In this document: positions 53,001 through 64,000 of the stretch, in pieces | Layout: each line of letters opens with the position of its first letter | Numbering within the stretch: the stretch's first letter is position 1 | DNA from: Azolla caroliniana | Lineage: Eukaryota > Plantae > Polypodiophyta | Assembly: GCA_043228905.1 (NCBI GenBank) | Contig: JBHGNT010000002.1 | Span: 10,602,001-10,666,000 of the forward strand | Direction of reading: 5' to 3' | Length of the DNA stretch: 64,000 nucleotides | Notes under the pieces: model-generated | Told to the model about the DNA's origin: nothing | The model's input: only the letters and a program-made list of their open reading frames with translations | Database searches by the model: none | Made by a program: the position numbers and the translations under genes

Positions 53001-55264
53001 GCAGTACTCCTCGAACTACCCCCGGTACTCTCCTCCGTTATCTGCTCGAACTGCCTTCAGCTTCCGGCCGGTTTCTCTTTCCACTCTCGCGTGGAGCTCT
53101 TTGAAGACGGATAACACCTGATCCTTCGTCTTCAACGGTGTGGCCCACAGCTTCCGGCTGTGGTCATCTATGAACGTCACGAAATACTGCGCTCCGGCAT
53201 CTGACTTCGTGTCTACTTGACACACATCCGTATGCACCAACTCTAGTGGTGCATTACGTCTCATTGGTGGCCTTGGTCGGAAGGAGGTCCGGTTCTGCTT
53301 CCTGGCCAGACAATCAGTGCACTTCTCTAAGTGCACGTTCTTCACTGGAATGAGGTTGTCGTCTGCAAGCCTCTTCATCCCCTTCTCGCTCATGTGACAC
53401 AGCCTCTTCTGCCACAGCTCACCGGCAGTGTCGGATGCCACGTTCACTTCTTCCGTACATACCCGGGCATTCATCAGGTACAGTGTGTTTATCTTCCGGG
53501 CCCGAGCCACAATCAGGCTCCCTTTGCTGAACTTCATGACACCGTTCCGGATGCTACCCGTGTAGCCTTCATCATCTAGCCGACCGGCTGATATCAGGTT
53601 CAGACAAACTTCCGGAACGTGTCGGACATCCTTCAGCAGCAACTTGCATCCGGTTGGTGTTGTCAGCCACACGTCTCCTATGCCGACAATTCGGCATGTT
53701 CCTTCATTCCCCATCCGGACACAGCCGTGATCACCGGCTGAGTAGGATGAGAAGCATTTCCGGTCCGGGATAAGGTGGAATGACGCTCCAGAGTCTACCA
53801 CCTAGGTCATCTCGTCATCGGCAAGGTTTATCTCACTCTCCTCGGTGATGAGCATCAACTCTTCTTCACTTGCCGCGATTGCCGTCGTTCCCTTCCGGTC
53901 CGGCCCCCTCCGGTCTTTACCGTTACGGTCCGGGGTTTGCTTCGAATCGGTACCGTCGGTTTCCTTGTCTTTACGAAAATGCCGACAGTTCTTTTGGAAG
54001 TGACCCGGCTTGCCGCAATAGAAGCAAGTAGGCCTCCCCCTTGACTTTGACCGTGTCCCCGACTTCTCCTAGTTCTGGGGACTACGGTTTCTATGTCTTC
54101 CGCCTTCCGATTCGGTAAGAAGCGCTTTGGAGTCGGAGCTCGTATCTTTGTCTTTCTGACGCGCCTCCTCATCTAGCAAGCTCGACTTTACTCTTGCTAG
54201 GGATAACCGTTTTCCTTCCGGCCCGGCGTTGCCCAAAGTGACAACCAACGTCTCCCAGCTATCCGGGAGGGAACTGAGCAGGAGTAGCGCAAGTACCTCA
54301 TCGGCGAGAGGTACTTCTAATGAAGTTGCCTGGTGGATCAGCCCCTGGAAGGCATTCATGTGCTCCGCCATGCTGGAGCCATCTTGGTACCGGAGTCTTA
54401 CTAGCTTCCGGAATACCGACACCTGATTGACAGCATTTTTGTTCTGAAACATTATGCCGATCTTCTCCCAGAGCTCATGAGCCTTGCTCTCTTCATTGAA
54501 GTTGTTGTATAGGCTCATGTCGATGAAGCACCGTATGTACGTCGTTGTCTTCATGTGCGTCACCTCCCATATCGCGGCGTCGATTTTGTCTGGTCTCTTG
54601 TCCCCGAACTGAACCAGCAGCCAGAGGTCTTTAACTACGAGCATGTCCCTCATCTTCGACTTCCACACTAAATAGTTGGAGCCGGTGAGCTTGAACATGC
54701 CGCCAAACGATTCGTCCATTTTCTGTGTCGATTTCGCTCTGATACCACTTGACAGGAACCCAACGTTCCTTATGCGCAACGCTCGGCCACAACCGAGCTT
54801 AGAATGATACACAGAAAAACGGGAAATAAAACGCGACACAAAGAAGGAGAGAATACACAAGAGGTTTACGTGGAAAACCCCAAACTAGGGGAAAAACCAC
54901 GGCAGCCCACAGGCTGCAAACTGTCACTATGTAGGAATATACAACAATGAGTTCACAGAGGCACCGATCTCGTGCTCACAAATCTTCGCCACAGGCGGCG
55001 GTTACAATAGAGGCGACGACCTCTTTCTCTCTCTCTCTCTCTCTCTGTACAACGTTACGTACTCTCTCTTCTTCTTGCACCAACAAGAAAATGACAACAA
55101 CGACAGTTACTAAAAGTTTGCCCTAAGTCATATTTATACTAATATGACTTTTCGGCTATTTACAAATGTAGCCTCGATGGGCTCTCAGAAACATATTTAC
55201 GAATATGTCTCTTTATCCGGTTCATACCGGGCCTGCACCATCCGGAGGGACTTGTTTCCCAACA
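50079..55264 (-). mobile_element. Full-length Tnt1/Tork-like Copia element
   Basis: LTRs 54750-55264 and 50079-50697; 5-bp TSD CGATG; iMet PBS 54736-54747; PPT 50698-50708. Confidence 0.96.
50708..54719 (-). pseudogene. Copia gag-pol polyprotein, lightly disrupted
   Basis: VDSGASFH; LVHTDVC; RADNGGEY; TPELNGLAERMNRT; QLDVKT.FLHG; LYVDDML; PYASAVGSLMY; RTKHI. A few stops and frameshifts. Confidence 0.95.
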
Positions 55265-55648
55265 CGATGCCTGCTCGTCTGCGCACGAAAGGAGAAAAGG
55301 GTGGAGGTGCTGCCGGAAGCACACAGGCGTTCCTCGAAGCAGCGCGAGCCTCCCAAAACCCTGCAGAGAAGAGCGATGGAGAACGAACAGAGGAGAAGCG
55401 TTTCGTTATGGTCCGACAGCACTTCGTCCTCCTTAATGCACGATCCTTTCTCCCTGTGTCTCCCTCTCCTTTATAGCTTCAAGAAGGGAGTCATCTCCCT
55501 CATTTACTCCCCACCTACCGAATCTAACTACCCGGATATGCCTTTGTACTTAATTCCCTATTATATACATTAAGGGCGTGCACACGTGAAGAGCCGGTTC
55601 ACACGCGCTATGCACCGATTGTGCCAAGGGACGGTTTTCTTCACGACA

Positions 55649-56640
55649 ACGTGGAATGATAACATTTGAAAACCGAGCTCTCCATAATCTTGTGAATTGG
55701 CTATATGTGACAGACTTATTACGTGACCCCACCATATCAGATCGATAGACATCATAAACTTCTCAACGTTTGTAATTATCAGAGAGGTGCATCCTACCTA
55801 TAGTGGGCATTACTTCACAATTTAACTGAAAGTAATTTTTCATCCAACCAATAGCATGTCTTCCAATTGCACCTTTCATACTTGGAACCTCTTTACAATT
55901 GGGCATCTAATCCCCGCTAAGTAGACGTTGTTGTACTCTATGTAGTCACATGTTACTAACACATAACGCAATTTTAAATGCAATTCTACATATTTGTTGC
56001 GCATGGAAGATATAATACTCGAATGATACTTTGATCCCCGTACATTTGTCAGACACTAGTTGCATATGTGACCCGAGGTAAGTGTCTTGCTCATCACCAG
56101 TCATCGAAAAATAGTATCGCCTTAATTCTCGCAACTTTGATTTTCCAATCATAGACATACAACCACGGACACAACATATTTTTTTAACATCAAATCCAAT
56201 CTGTTTATTTGATGTCACCAAGTTAAATCTAGTCAGGCGAATTCTTCGTGGGATTCTTCTAATATGCATAGGGCTTCCAGATTTCTCTTCTTGCATTGAA
56301 GGTGGTGTAACATTGTTACTATCCAATTCTTTGTTGTGACCATCGTCCATGATATTCGATGTTTCATTGGCACTAGCTTCATTCTCCGTATCTTTATTAA
56401 TATCGTATTCTTCAATAGAGAACTCTTCTCATGTGTCATTATTCACATTCGTTGTAGGTGAAGATGAGTTCAGAAAATACTCTTCGATAGAATATGGTGA
56501 GTCTGTCGATAGACAATATTCCTCAATAGAAAATGGTGAGTCTGTCGACAAACAATACTCTTCGGTAGAAAACGAAGAGTCTGATGACAAACAATATTCT
56601 TCAATCGAGAACGGTGAATCTTCACTCATGGCTAAGGTCC
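55649..56640 (-). pseudogene. Transposase-like N-terminal fragment (Cys-rich, possibly Sola-related)
   Basis: CC.RGC; ICRIAFKIAL.VS; W...YF....E.MP...MHL; VY..Y; F.RLW...F..V.IPR. Cut by the LTR at 55648. Family assignment is uncertain. Confidence 0.5.
56474..56625. repeat. 39-bp tandem repeat, ~4 copies
   Basis: CAATAYTCYTCRATAGAAAAYGGTGAGTCTGTCGAYAAA; open reading frame on both strands. Confidence 0.85.
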
Positions 56641-56724
56641 ACACAGAGATCTTTAAGTTATGTGCTTTGGCTAACATAAAAACCAACGCACGCATCGCAG
56701 AGTTGGAGAGTACCACGATGACAG

Positions 56725-57453
56725 TGTCATGCCTTTCGGCTCCGGATCGTTGCGTGAGTCGGGTGGGAACCGCTGGGGTTTTGGACTAGGAAGAGGAGAG
56801 TTTTAAGGCTAATAAGAATATAAATATGTTGTAAGAAAGAGTTATAGCAAACTCGTGAATCCCACGAGTGTATTGTATTAGATTAATCAATATGAATATA
56901 AGAATATAAACTTCGGTTGAAAGAGAATGATATAGAATTCTCGTGAATCCCACGAGTATAGTTTATTAATTGGTGTTTTTTAGAAACATATCCAGTTTCC
57001 AAATATTTTTCCACACACAATTACATTGTGCTCCCCATCCTTATGTAGTGATGAGGAAGTCTTAGTAATCCATGCTTTTTCTCTAACTATAGACCCCATG
57101 CTTTTCCTATAGATAGACTATATGCTTTATCTAAAGCGATCATGCTTTTTTCTAACTTGTGCGTTTTTTATCATGCACGCTAGATGTGTATGTGTAGCTT
57201 TTTCTTTTGTTATGCGTTTTTCTAATGTTTATCCTAGCGTGAATTTACCTTTCTATGTGGGACATCTATGCTTTAACACTAATGAAATGTTAGTGTAATG
57301 GTAAGACATTACATTATTAACATGGAGGTGCAAGGTTCGAATCTTGCCCTATGCATGTTCCATTTATTTTGCTATTTTCTTCTATTTCTTCATTTTTTAT
57401 TGAATCTAATACTATATACGTTTTTCACGTAGTGTACAAAATACACTACGACA
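56725..57453 (-). mobile_element. Solo Gypsy LTR, 4-bp TSD ACAG/ACGG
   Basis: TGTCATG...TACGACA termini; homologous to LTRs 59700-60293 and 63275-64000; the flanks rejoin a coiled-coil-like frame. Confidence 0.85.
57283..57355 (+). ncRNA. tRNA-like cassette in LTR (copies also at ~60010-60083 and ~63853-63927)
   Basis: TAGTGTAATGGTA (A box) and a GCAAG-GTTCGAAT-CTTGC T-arm/B box. Confidence 0.55.
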
Positions 57454-57877
57454 ACGGTGCAGTAGGCAGCTCAACCAATAGCCAACACCGCCGAGGCCTT
57501 GAGGGAAGAAATTGAAGCCCAGACCGCCATTGCCTCGACATCAAAATGGGCCGTGGAGCTATCGGAATCGGAGATTGACCGTCTTCGCTCCGAACTTCGC
57601 CTGTCCTCGGATAGAGAGAAGGACATTCGGGCCAACGGCCGAAAGGCAGTAAAGACCCTTGAAGAGAAACTTGCAGTGGAAGCGGCACAACACAACCACA
57701 CGAATGACGAAAAAGCCAAACTACGGGAGGAAGCGAAAAAATTGGAAGCGGTGATTACGGGACTTCAGGCGTTATTAGACAAGAAGAAGACATGGTTCGA
57801 CGAGCAGATGGTTGGGGAGCAGGAGAGAAGGCATCAGCTCGAAATACGCCTGAACAATGAAATGGGGAAGCTAGAAG

Positions 57878-59030
57878 ACGTACCTCGTCCACCACGCCCA
57901 CGGGGCCGATCCGCCTCCTTGTACAGCATCCGACTGTCGGTGGGTGCACTTGTTGACACACCGGTGTTGTTCTCCTCTCCAAGGAGCATCGACTGCAAGT
58001 TGAAAAATGACGGGGTATTCTCCCTTGTACATACCACCGTTCGGAAAGCTTCGAACTTCGACGCTAGTCCCCCAAGACAGATCTGCATCGTCTCGCCTTC
58101 CTCGACGTTCACATCGATAAAGGCTAAGGAGTCTCATATATCTTTGATCTTCGAGGTGTAATTAGCCACCGACAAGTTGCATTGTTGTAAGTTGCTTAGC
58201 TCCTATCGGAGTTGAAGCTTCTTGGTTGTGGTGCTTGCGACAAAAATCTTCTTCAGATTTCCCCAAGCATCCTTCGACGTTTTTGCATCCCGAATATAGC
58301 TCAGAAGTTGTTCGCCCACACAAGACGCGAAGCAGTAGAGAACTCTGCTTGCCGACTGTTCCCAAGCCGAGAAGACTTTGTGTGTCGAATCGGGTGCTAT
58401 GTCATTTTCTCCGTTGACATACCTCTAGTATCCATGCCCGAGCAAGTACTAGTGCATCTTGTGGGACCAAGACGCATAGTTGTTTCTGTCGAGCTTCTTG
58501 GTCGGAAGCGAGCTAGCCATGACTCTATCCATTTCATTTTCCCTCTTCTTTTCGAAGGTTAGGTTTTCTTCTCAAGCTAAGGTCGGATGCAGAGGTTCTC
58601 AACCCTCGCGCTCTGATACCATGTAAAAAGAATAGCATGCGAAAGCAATAGAAAACCGAACACAGAAATGTTGGTTTAATGGAGAGCTTGAATATACACA
58701 GTACGTGGGAGAGAGAGAGAGAGAGAGCAGAACATAAACTTCATTCAAAAATGACTCTAACACTCTGTACATCGAACGTGCTAAACAACACTATTTATAC
58801 AAGTCCATAAAGGACTGACAGTTACTTCAATGCTCACACGAGCGTCTGACACTAACTACGAGACATTAATTACCTGTAGTTTAGGCCGCTACTAGGTTTC
58901 CGGTTATTGCTTGATCCGGCTAACCGGCTCCCCAGCTCACCGGCTCACCGATCTAGCTCATCCTTCCAGATGCCAATCCGGCTTAGACTTATTCAGTCGA
59001 TCCGGATTTGGTTGAGCTTGCCGCTCAACA
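57878..59030 (-). mobile_element. Copia 5' LTR + iMet PBS + gag fragment
   Basis: LTR 58622-59030 is the same family as 18426; PBS 58610-58621; gag LPTKKLDRNNYASW. Confidence 0.9.
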
Positions 59031-59700
59031 CCCAAGAACTCAACTTCTTTGCAATCAAAACTGCACTTCTCTAGTTTGGCATACAAACCATACTCTCTTA
59101 AGCATTGGAGTACCTTCCGGACATGTATATCATGCTCCGCTTGTGTTCTAGAGTAAATCAATAGATCATCTAAATAGATGATACGAAAGATATCTAGAAA
59201 ATCTCGTCTTCTAATCGGATTAGGACCTCAACCTTATTGGATAAAGTTGGATTACTAGAAACACTAGTTGGCACAATTTCAACAATGTGAGACTCATTTC
59301 CATTATCAATAATGCTAGACTCATTTCTATTATCATAGTTAATGTGATGTACCTGACGTCTCAGTTTGTGTGGACAATGAATGGCAATATGTCTTGGACC
59401 TCCACAATATAAGCATAGTCGATTTTCTCGATGATGTTGTTTCTCTTCATCTGATAAAGGTCCTCGTCGCTGGGTCATATCAATCTCCATCGTTGTCAGC
59501 CTATCCATTGGTGTTGGGCTACGTGCTTGCCGTGGAGTTGGGACGGGGCTATATTGTTGCCTTGGAAATTGTGTTGTCACTGATGCATAAGTTGGCGTAA
59601 ATCTTGATCTTGTTTGTTGTTGTTGTCGCTCGGACCGACGCTCAAAAAGCCGATTATCACACCGTATTGCTCAGCTAATAGCTTCTGTAAGGGATTTTGG
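59031..59700 (-). pseudogene. Chromovirus/Ty3-type gag + RT fragments, internally deleted
   Basis: TMEID..RGPLS.EEK......LCLYCG...H...C; YLDDLLIYS...H..HV.KVL..L....LYAKLEKC.F. Confidence 0.8.
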
Positions 59701-62700
59701 ATAGAAACCTCGTGAATTTAGATAGAAAGAAAAGAATATACAAACCTCGTGAATCACAGGAGTATAGTTTTCTTCGTGAATCCCACCAATATAATTTATT
59801 AATGGTGTTTTTTAGAAATATATCCAATTTCCAAATATTTCATACACCTATTACATTGTGCTCCCCATCCTTATATAGTGATGAGAGAGTCTTCACAATC
59901 CATGTTTTTCTATCGATAGACTCTCTGTTATCAAGCGTTTTCTTCTAACTAAAGTTTATCCTAGCGTGAACTTGCCTTTCTATGTGGGACGTTTACTATT
60001 TTAACACTAATGATATGTTAGTGTAATGGTAAGGCTTTACATTATTAACATGGAGGTGGAAGTTTCGAATCTTGCTTTATGCATGTAATATATATTTTTA
60101 TACTTTCTTCTATTTACAAATATGTCTCTTCATCCGGTGAGAGTCTGCCTTCTTCATCCAGTTCTCACTAAGTCTCCTTACCGGGTCCGGTCCTTACCGA
60201 TTCCTCCTTCCGGTTCTCTCCGGGTATTCCATGTCCTATCCAGAGAGACCAAAAATGCAATTTTTCACGTAGTGTGCGAATTACACTACGACACTCGCCC
60301 CTCCGAACTCGCACATCCTCCGGTATGTGTCGAAGCTGTCGGTGGTTGTTAGTCTTGTCCGTCTGGTCTCCGCCCAGTTGGTTTCATCGCTGGTCGTGCT
60401 TGGTTGCCAGCTCCGCTTTGTTTCCGCCCAGTTGGTTTCGTCGCCGGTCGTGCTTGGTTGCCGGCTCCGCCTGGTTTCCGATTCTATTCGGTTGTCGGCT
60501 TCGTCCGGTTTCCGGTTTTCAGTTGCTTGCTCCGCTTGGTTACCGGTTGCCGGCTCTCGTATTTCTCCTTTACTCACAATCCCCTCCAGCTCTCGTCCGT
60601 GGTAGTGCCTTTGCTTGGCCTCTTCCTTATCTTTAGCAACCTTGACTTTTTTCCGGATCGGTCTCGCCCGATCGTCTTTCGGTTGAATCGGCTTCTATTC
60701 CGATTCGTATTCACCCGAATCGGACTCGGTTGATCTATTTTTACCAATTCGGTCCCCTTTCGGTTCGGTTTCGACCGATCAGTTTCTGTCCGGATTTGCT
60801 TTCTTTTCTTTGTTTTCACCGGTCTCGACCAGTTTGACTTTGGACACTTCTTTCCGGATCAGTCTCGTCCAATCAGCTTCCGGTTGGAATGATTTCCGTC
60901 CGCGTCGAACTCGACGAATCAGATTTTGTCCGAATCCACTTCCGCTTGCTTCAGCTTTCATTTAGACCAAAATGTCGGCCAGATCATCTTCCGTCCGGAC
61001 CCACTTTCGGCTTTACATTCTTTGCTCCCACCTCCCGTCTCTCCGGTCTCACATTGGCTCTTGGACACAACCGCCGAAGTCTCTAGAATTAGTGGGCAGG
61101 AATCCTTTGTATTATCGTTGTCGCGAAAATACGACGAGGATACGTGAACGTTAAGGCAAGACCCCGGGGCCTTTGACTAGAGGATATCAAATTCGTGTAT
61201 TTATGTACTAAGAATTACCCGAAATGAGAAAGATTAACAAATTTTATTAACAAGTAGAAAGAAAGATTACAATTAATCCCAAGACTAGGATTACAAAAGT
61301 TTGCTAATGGAGATGGCTAGAGTAATAGATTAGAAGAAATGAGATATGGATTTAATTAGAATATTAGGGTTTTTAGCTTCAATTCGAAAATTAGGGTTTT
61401 TGAGTTGTATGGCTTTGCTTAGGAAATTAGGGTTTATGACTTCCGTAAGGAAATTTAGGGTTCTTGGCTTCGATTAGATAAGAGAGCTCCGAAAGAAAAG
61501 AAAAAAAATTAAGATAATATGGAGAGAGCCTGAGTGTAGGAAAAAAAATGGAATTTTATATGGAGTTCTCTCTTGATCATCTGCATGTCCACTTTTTGTT
61601 GCATGGCCTCTACTTTTAGCTGCTTAGCTTTTTCTTTTAGTTGCATCTATTTTTAGTTGCATGGCTTTTTCTTTTAGTTGCATGCGACCCGTCCACATGA
61701 CCTTTAATTTTTGCATGCACTCCAACTTTAGTTGTTTGCGTTCACATGGCCTTTACTTTAGTTCTCTTCACTTTACTTTAGTCTGTTGCATGATCCAATC
61801 TTCCGTCCGTCCGCGTCCAACCTCGTCCAGTAGCCGGTTCTGCCCGATCGCCGAATCCCTCGCCGGCCGGTTCCATTTTGCTTGTCGGCCGGTTCCGGTT
61901 TGCTTGCCGACCGATTCCGGTTCCGGTTTGCTTGCCGGTTCTGGTTCTGGTTTTGCTTACCGGCCGGTTTCCGGATTTGCTTACCGATCGGTTTCCGGAT
62001 TTGCTTACCAACAGGTTTCCGGATTTGCTTACCCGCCGGTTCCGGTTTTGCTTGCCAGCCGATTCCGGTTCCGCTTGCTTGCCGGCCGGTTCCGGTTCCG
62101 CTTGCTTGCCGGTTCCGCTTCCAATTTTGCTTATCGGCCGGTTTCCGGTTTTTGGGAACTAGGCCACCATCATCCATCAAGACAAAGTGGCCAAAGTGCT
62201 CTTAGCACAAATGAAAAATGAGGGAGCTCAAGGTGCTTATATAGCTAGGGCCTTAAGTTTCCTATCTATGTGGGATAGTTCTAATTTCCCTATCTTCTCA
62301 AACTTCATTTTCACATAACTTGATATGTATTTCTCCATTTTGTATATAGTAAAATACGTTTTGAAGCTCTTGAGTATATCCATATTTCTATAGTAAGCTA
62401 CTAATCTAATCTATAATAATTATTTCATTATTTTCTTACATAGTGTGTGAAGATTCACACGACACCGTCCCCCATTGTTTCACCCATAGCCACCTTCTCG
62501 ACTATCTCTCTGTCGTATACATCGGCTTCGACCTTCGTTTTCTCTCCATGACCTTCCGTCTCTTCGATCTCACGTTGCCTTTCGAACGCAACCACCGGAG
62601 TCTCTGGAATCAGTGGTGAGAAAGTTTCGATACGATCATATGCCATCGATTCGTCCATAGCCACCTCCGATTCGATGTCATCTTTCGTGGCGACCTCCTC

Positions 62701-64000
62701 AATCAAGTCCTGCTTACACTCTTTATATCCATCAATTATGCTTACTTCTTTCTCATCCGATGTTTCGGACACTCGTATTCCGAAACCTTCTTCCGTTCTT
62801 GAAGTGGTGTTCGCCACTCTCAAATCATCGACCTTATCCTTGGCCGTCATTCTTTCGCAAGACGAGAGGATGCCTTGTTCCACACCCTCTCCCGTGGTAC
62901 CGTCAACTCATACTTCGGCCTTCATATCAGCCACATCGTTTATCCTTAATCGATCATCCCTCATAGGCCATGTTGTTGCCGACGATATTCTCATCTTCCT
63001 CTTATCATGTCTACCCGATTGAAGGAAATCACTTGCAATCCTTCCGGTATCCCACATCGCATCATCTCTGCCTTGTTGTCACGTAGATAGCATGACACAT
63101 CATTTCCGTTGAATTGCCCGTTTCGTTGCACAAGCCGCTCTACTACCGACTTCATCTCCGGCATCGCAGGTTGCTCTTGTTGCATCCGCTCAATCATCAT
63201 CATCATTATGCTCATCGCCTCTTGTTGATTCTCCATCTCCTTGCCACCCGCCTTCACGTCGGGTTCACCACTTGTGTCGTGCCTTTCGGCTCTGGATCAT
63301 TGCGTGAGTCAGGTGGTAACCACTGAGGTTTTGGACTCGGAAGAGGAAGAATTTGAGACGAGTTTAGATATGAATATGAATCGATTATAAGAAAGAGAGA
63401 TTGAAACTTCGTGAATCCCACGAGTCTATTGTATTAGATTAAACAATATTTAGATAATAATATGAATTTAGATAGAAAGAAAAGAATATAGAAACCTCGT
63501 GAATCACACGAGTATAGTTTTCTTCGTGAATCCCACGAATATAATTTATTAATAGTGTTTTTTAGAAATATATCCAATTTCCAAATATTTCACACACCTA
63601 TTACATTGTGCTCCCCATCCTTATATAGTGATGAGAGAGTCTTAACAATCCATGTTTTTCTATAGATAGACTCTCTACTTTTTCTAAAATGATCCTACTT
63701 TTTCAAACTTGATGCGTTTTAATCGACTATGGTGTTCATGCACGCTACATGTGCATGCGTAGCTTTTTCTTTTATCATGCGTTTTCTTCTAAGTAAAGTT
63801 TATCCTAGCATGAAGTTACTTTTCTATGTGGGACATTTACTTTCTTAACACTAATGATATGTTAGTGTAATTGTAAGGCTTTACATTATAAACATGGAGA
63901 TGCAAGGTTTGAATCTTGCCCTATGCATGTAATATATATTTTTATACTTTCTTCTATTTACAAATATGTCTCTTCATCCGGTGAGAGACTCTCATCGGCC
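59700..64000 (-). mobile_element. Non-autonomous (gag-only) Gypsy; 5' LTR runs off the window
   Basis: 3' LTR about 59700-60293 (truncated); PPT 60294-60305; Trp PBS 63253-63270; 5' LTR from 63275; gag VERLVQRNGQFNG; no pol. Confidence 0.8.
61119..62464 (-). mobile_element. Solo Gypsy LTR, 4-bp TSD TCGT/CCGT
   Basis: TGTCGCG...CACGACA termini; homologous to 36313-37562; contains a CCGG-rich array at 61860-62155. Confidence 0.88.

Larger units (their letters stand above)
45826..55648 (-). mobile_element. 3'-truncated Gypsy (5' LTR, tRNA-Trp PBS, gag, PR, RT start) with nested MITE and Copia
   Basis: LTR 49811-55648 split by the Copia; PBS (rc TTCACGTCGGGTTCACCA) 49789-49806 matches the plant tRNA-Trp 3' end; gag CMWCDEVGHIRKDC; VDHGSEINLM; RT start. 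Confidence 0.9.

Noticed and set aside
57499-58161. 220-aa coiled-coil ORF as a host gene
   Set aside because: Chimeric: the C-terminal part is antisense Copia gag and the upstream part is split by a solo LTR and a stop.
61365-61465. Interstitial telomere (TTAGGGTTT motifs, also ~36650)
   Set aside because: Dispersed telo-box-like motifs within LTRs, not tandem telomeric repeats.

Overview
Eukaryotic, gene-free and almost entirely made of nested, mostly degenerate transposable elements. The element types suggest a bryophyte (moss-like) heterochromatic region; this is inferred, not proven. From left to right: a Gypsy pol remnant; a TACA-rich tract interrupted by a short LINE fragment and a ~10.2-kb Mutator-like element that itself carries a near-full-length L1-type LINE; a full-length Copia (TSD AATAG) with an internal rearrangement; several tRNA-Trp-primed Gypsy elements and solo LTRs; a second Copia remnant; a spliced Cys-rich transposase-like gene next to a captured EF-1alpha fragment; a hAT MITE; a full-length Tnt1/Tork-like Copia (TSD CGATG); and further Copia and Gypsy remnants. 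No intact host gene was found. Four signals stand out, all read by eye. (1) Three divergent Gypsy copies share a G-GAU-UUU slippery site plus a covarying pseudoknot between protease and RT. (2) The same Gypsy family makes 4-bp TSDs centred on CpG. (3) Two LINE insertions end in a shared motif plus oligo(T)-GG rather than poly(A). (4) Gypsy LTRs carry antisense tRNA-like cassettes.
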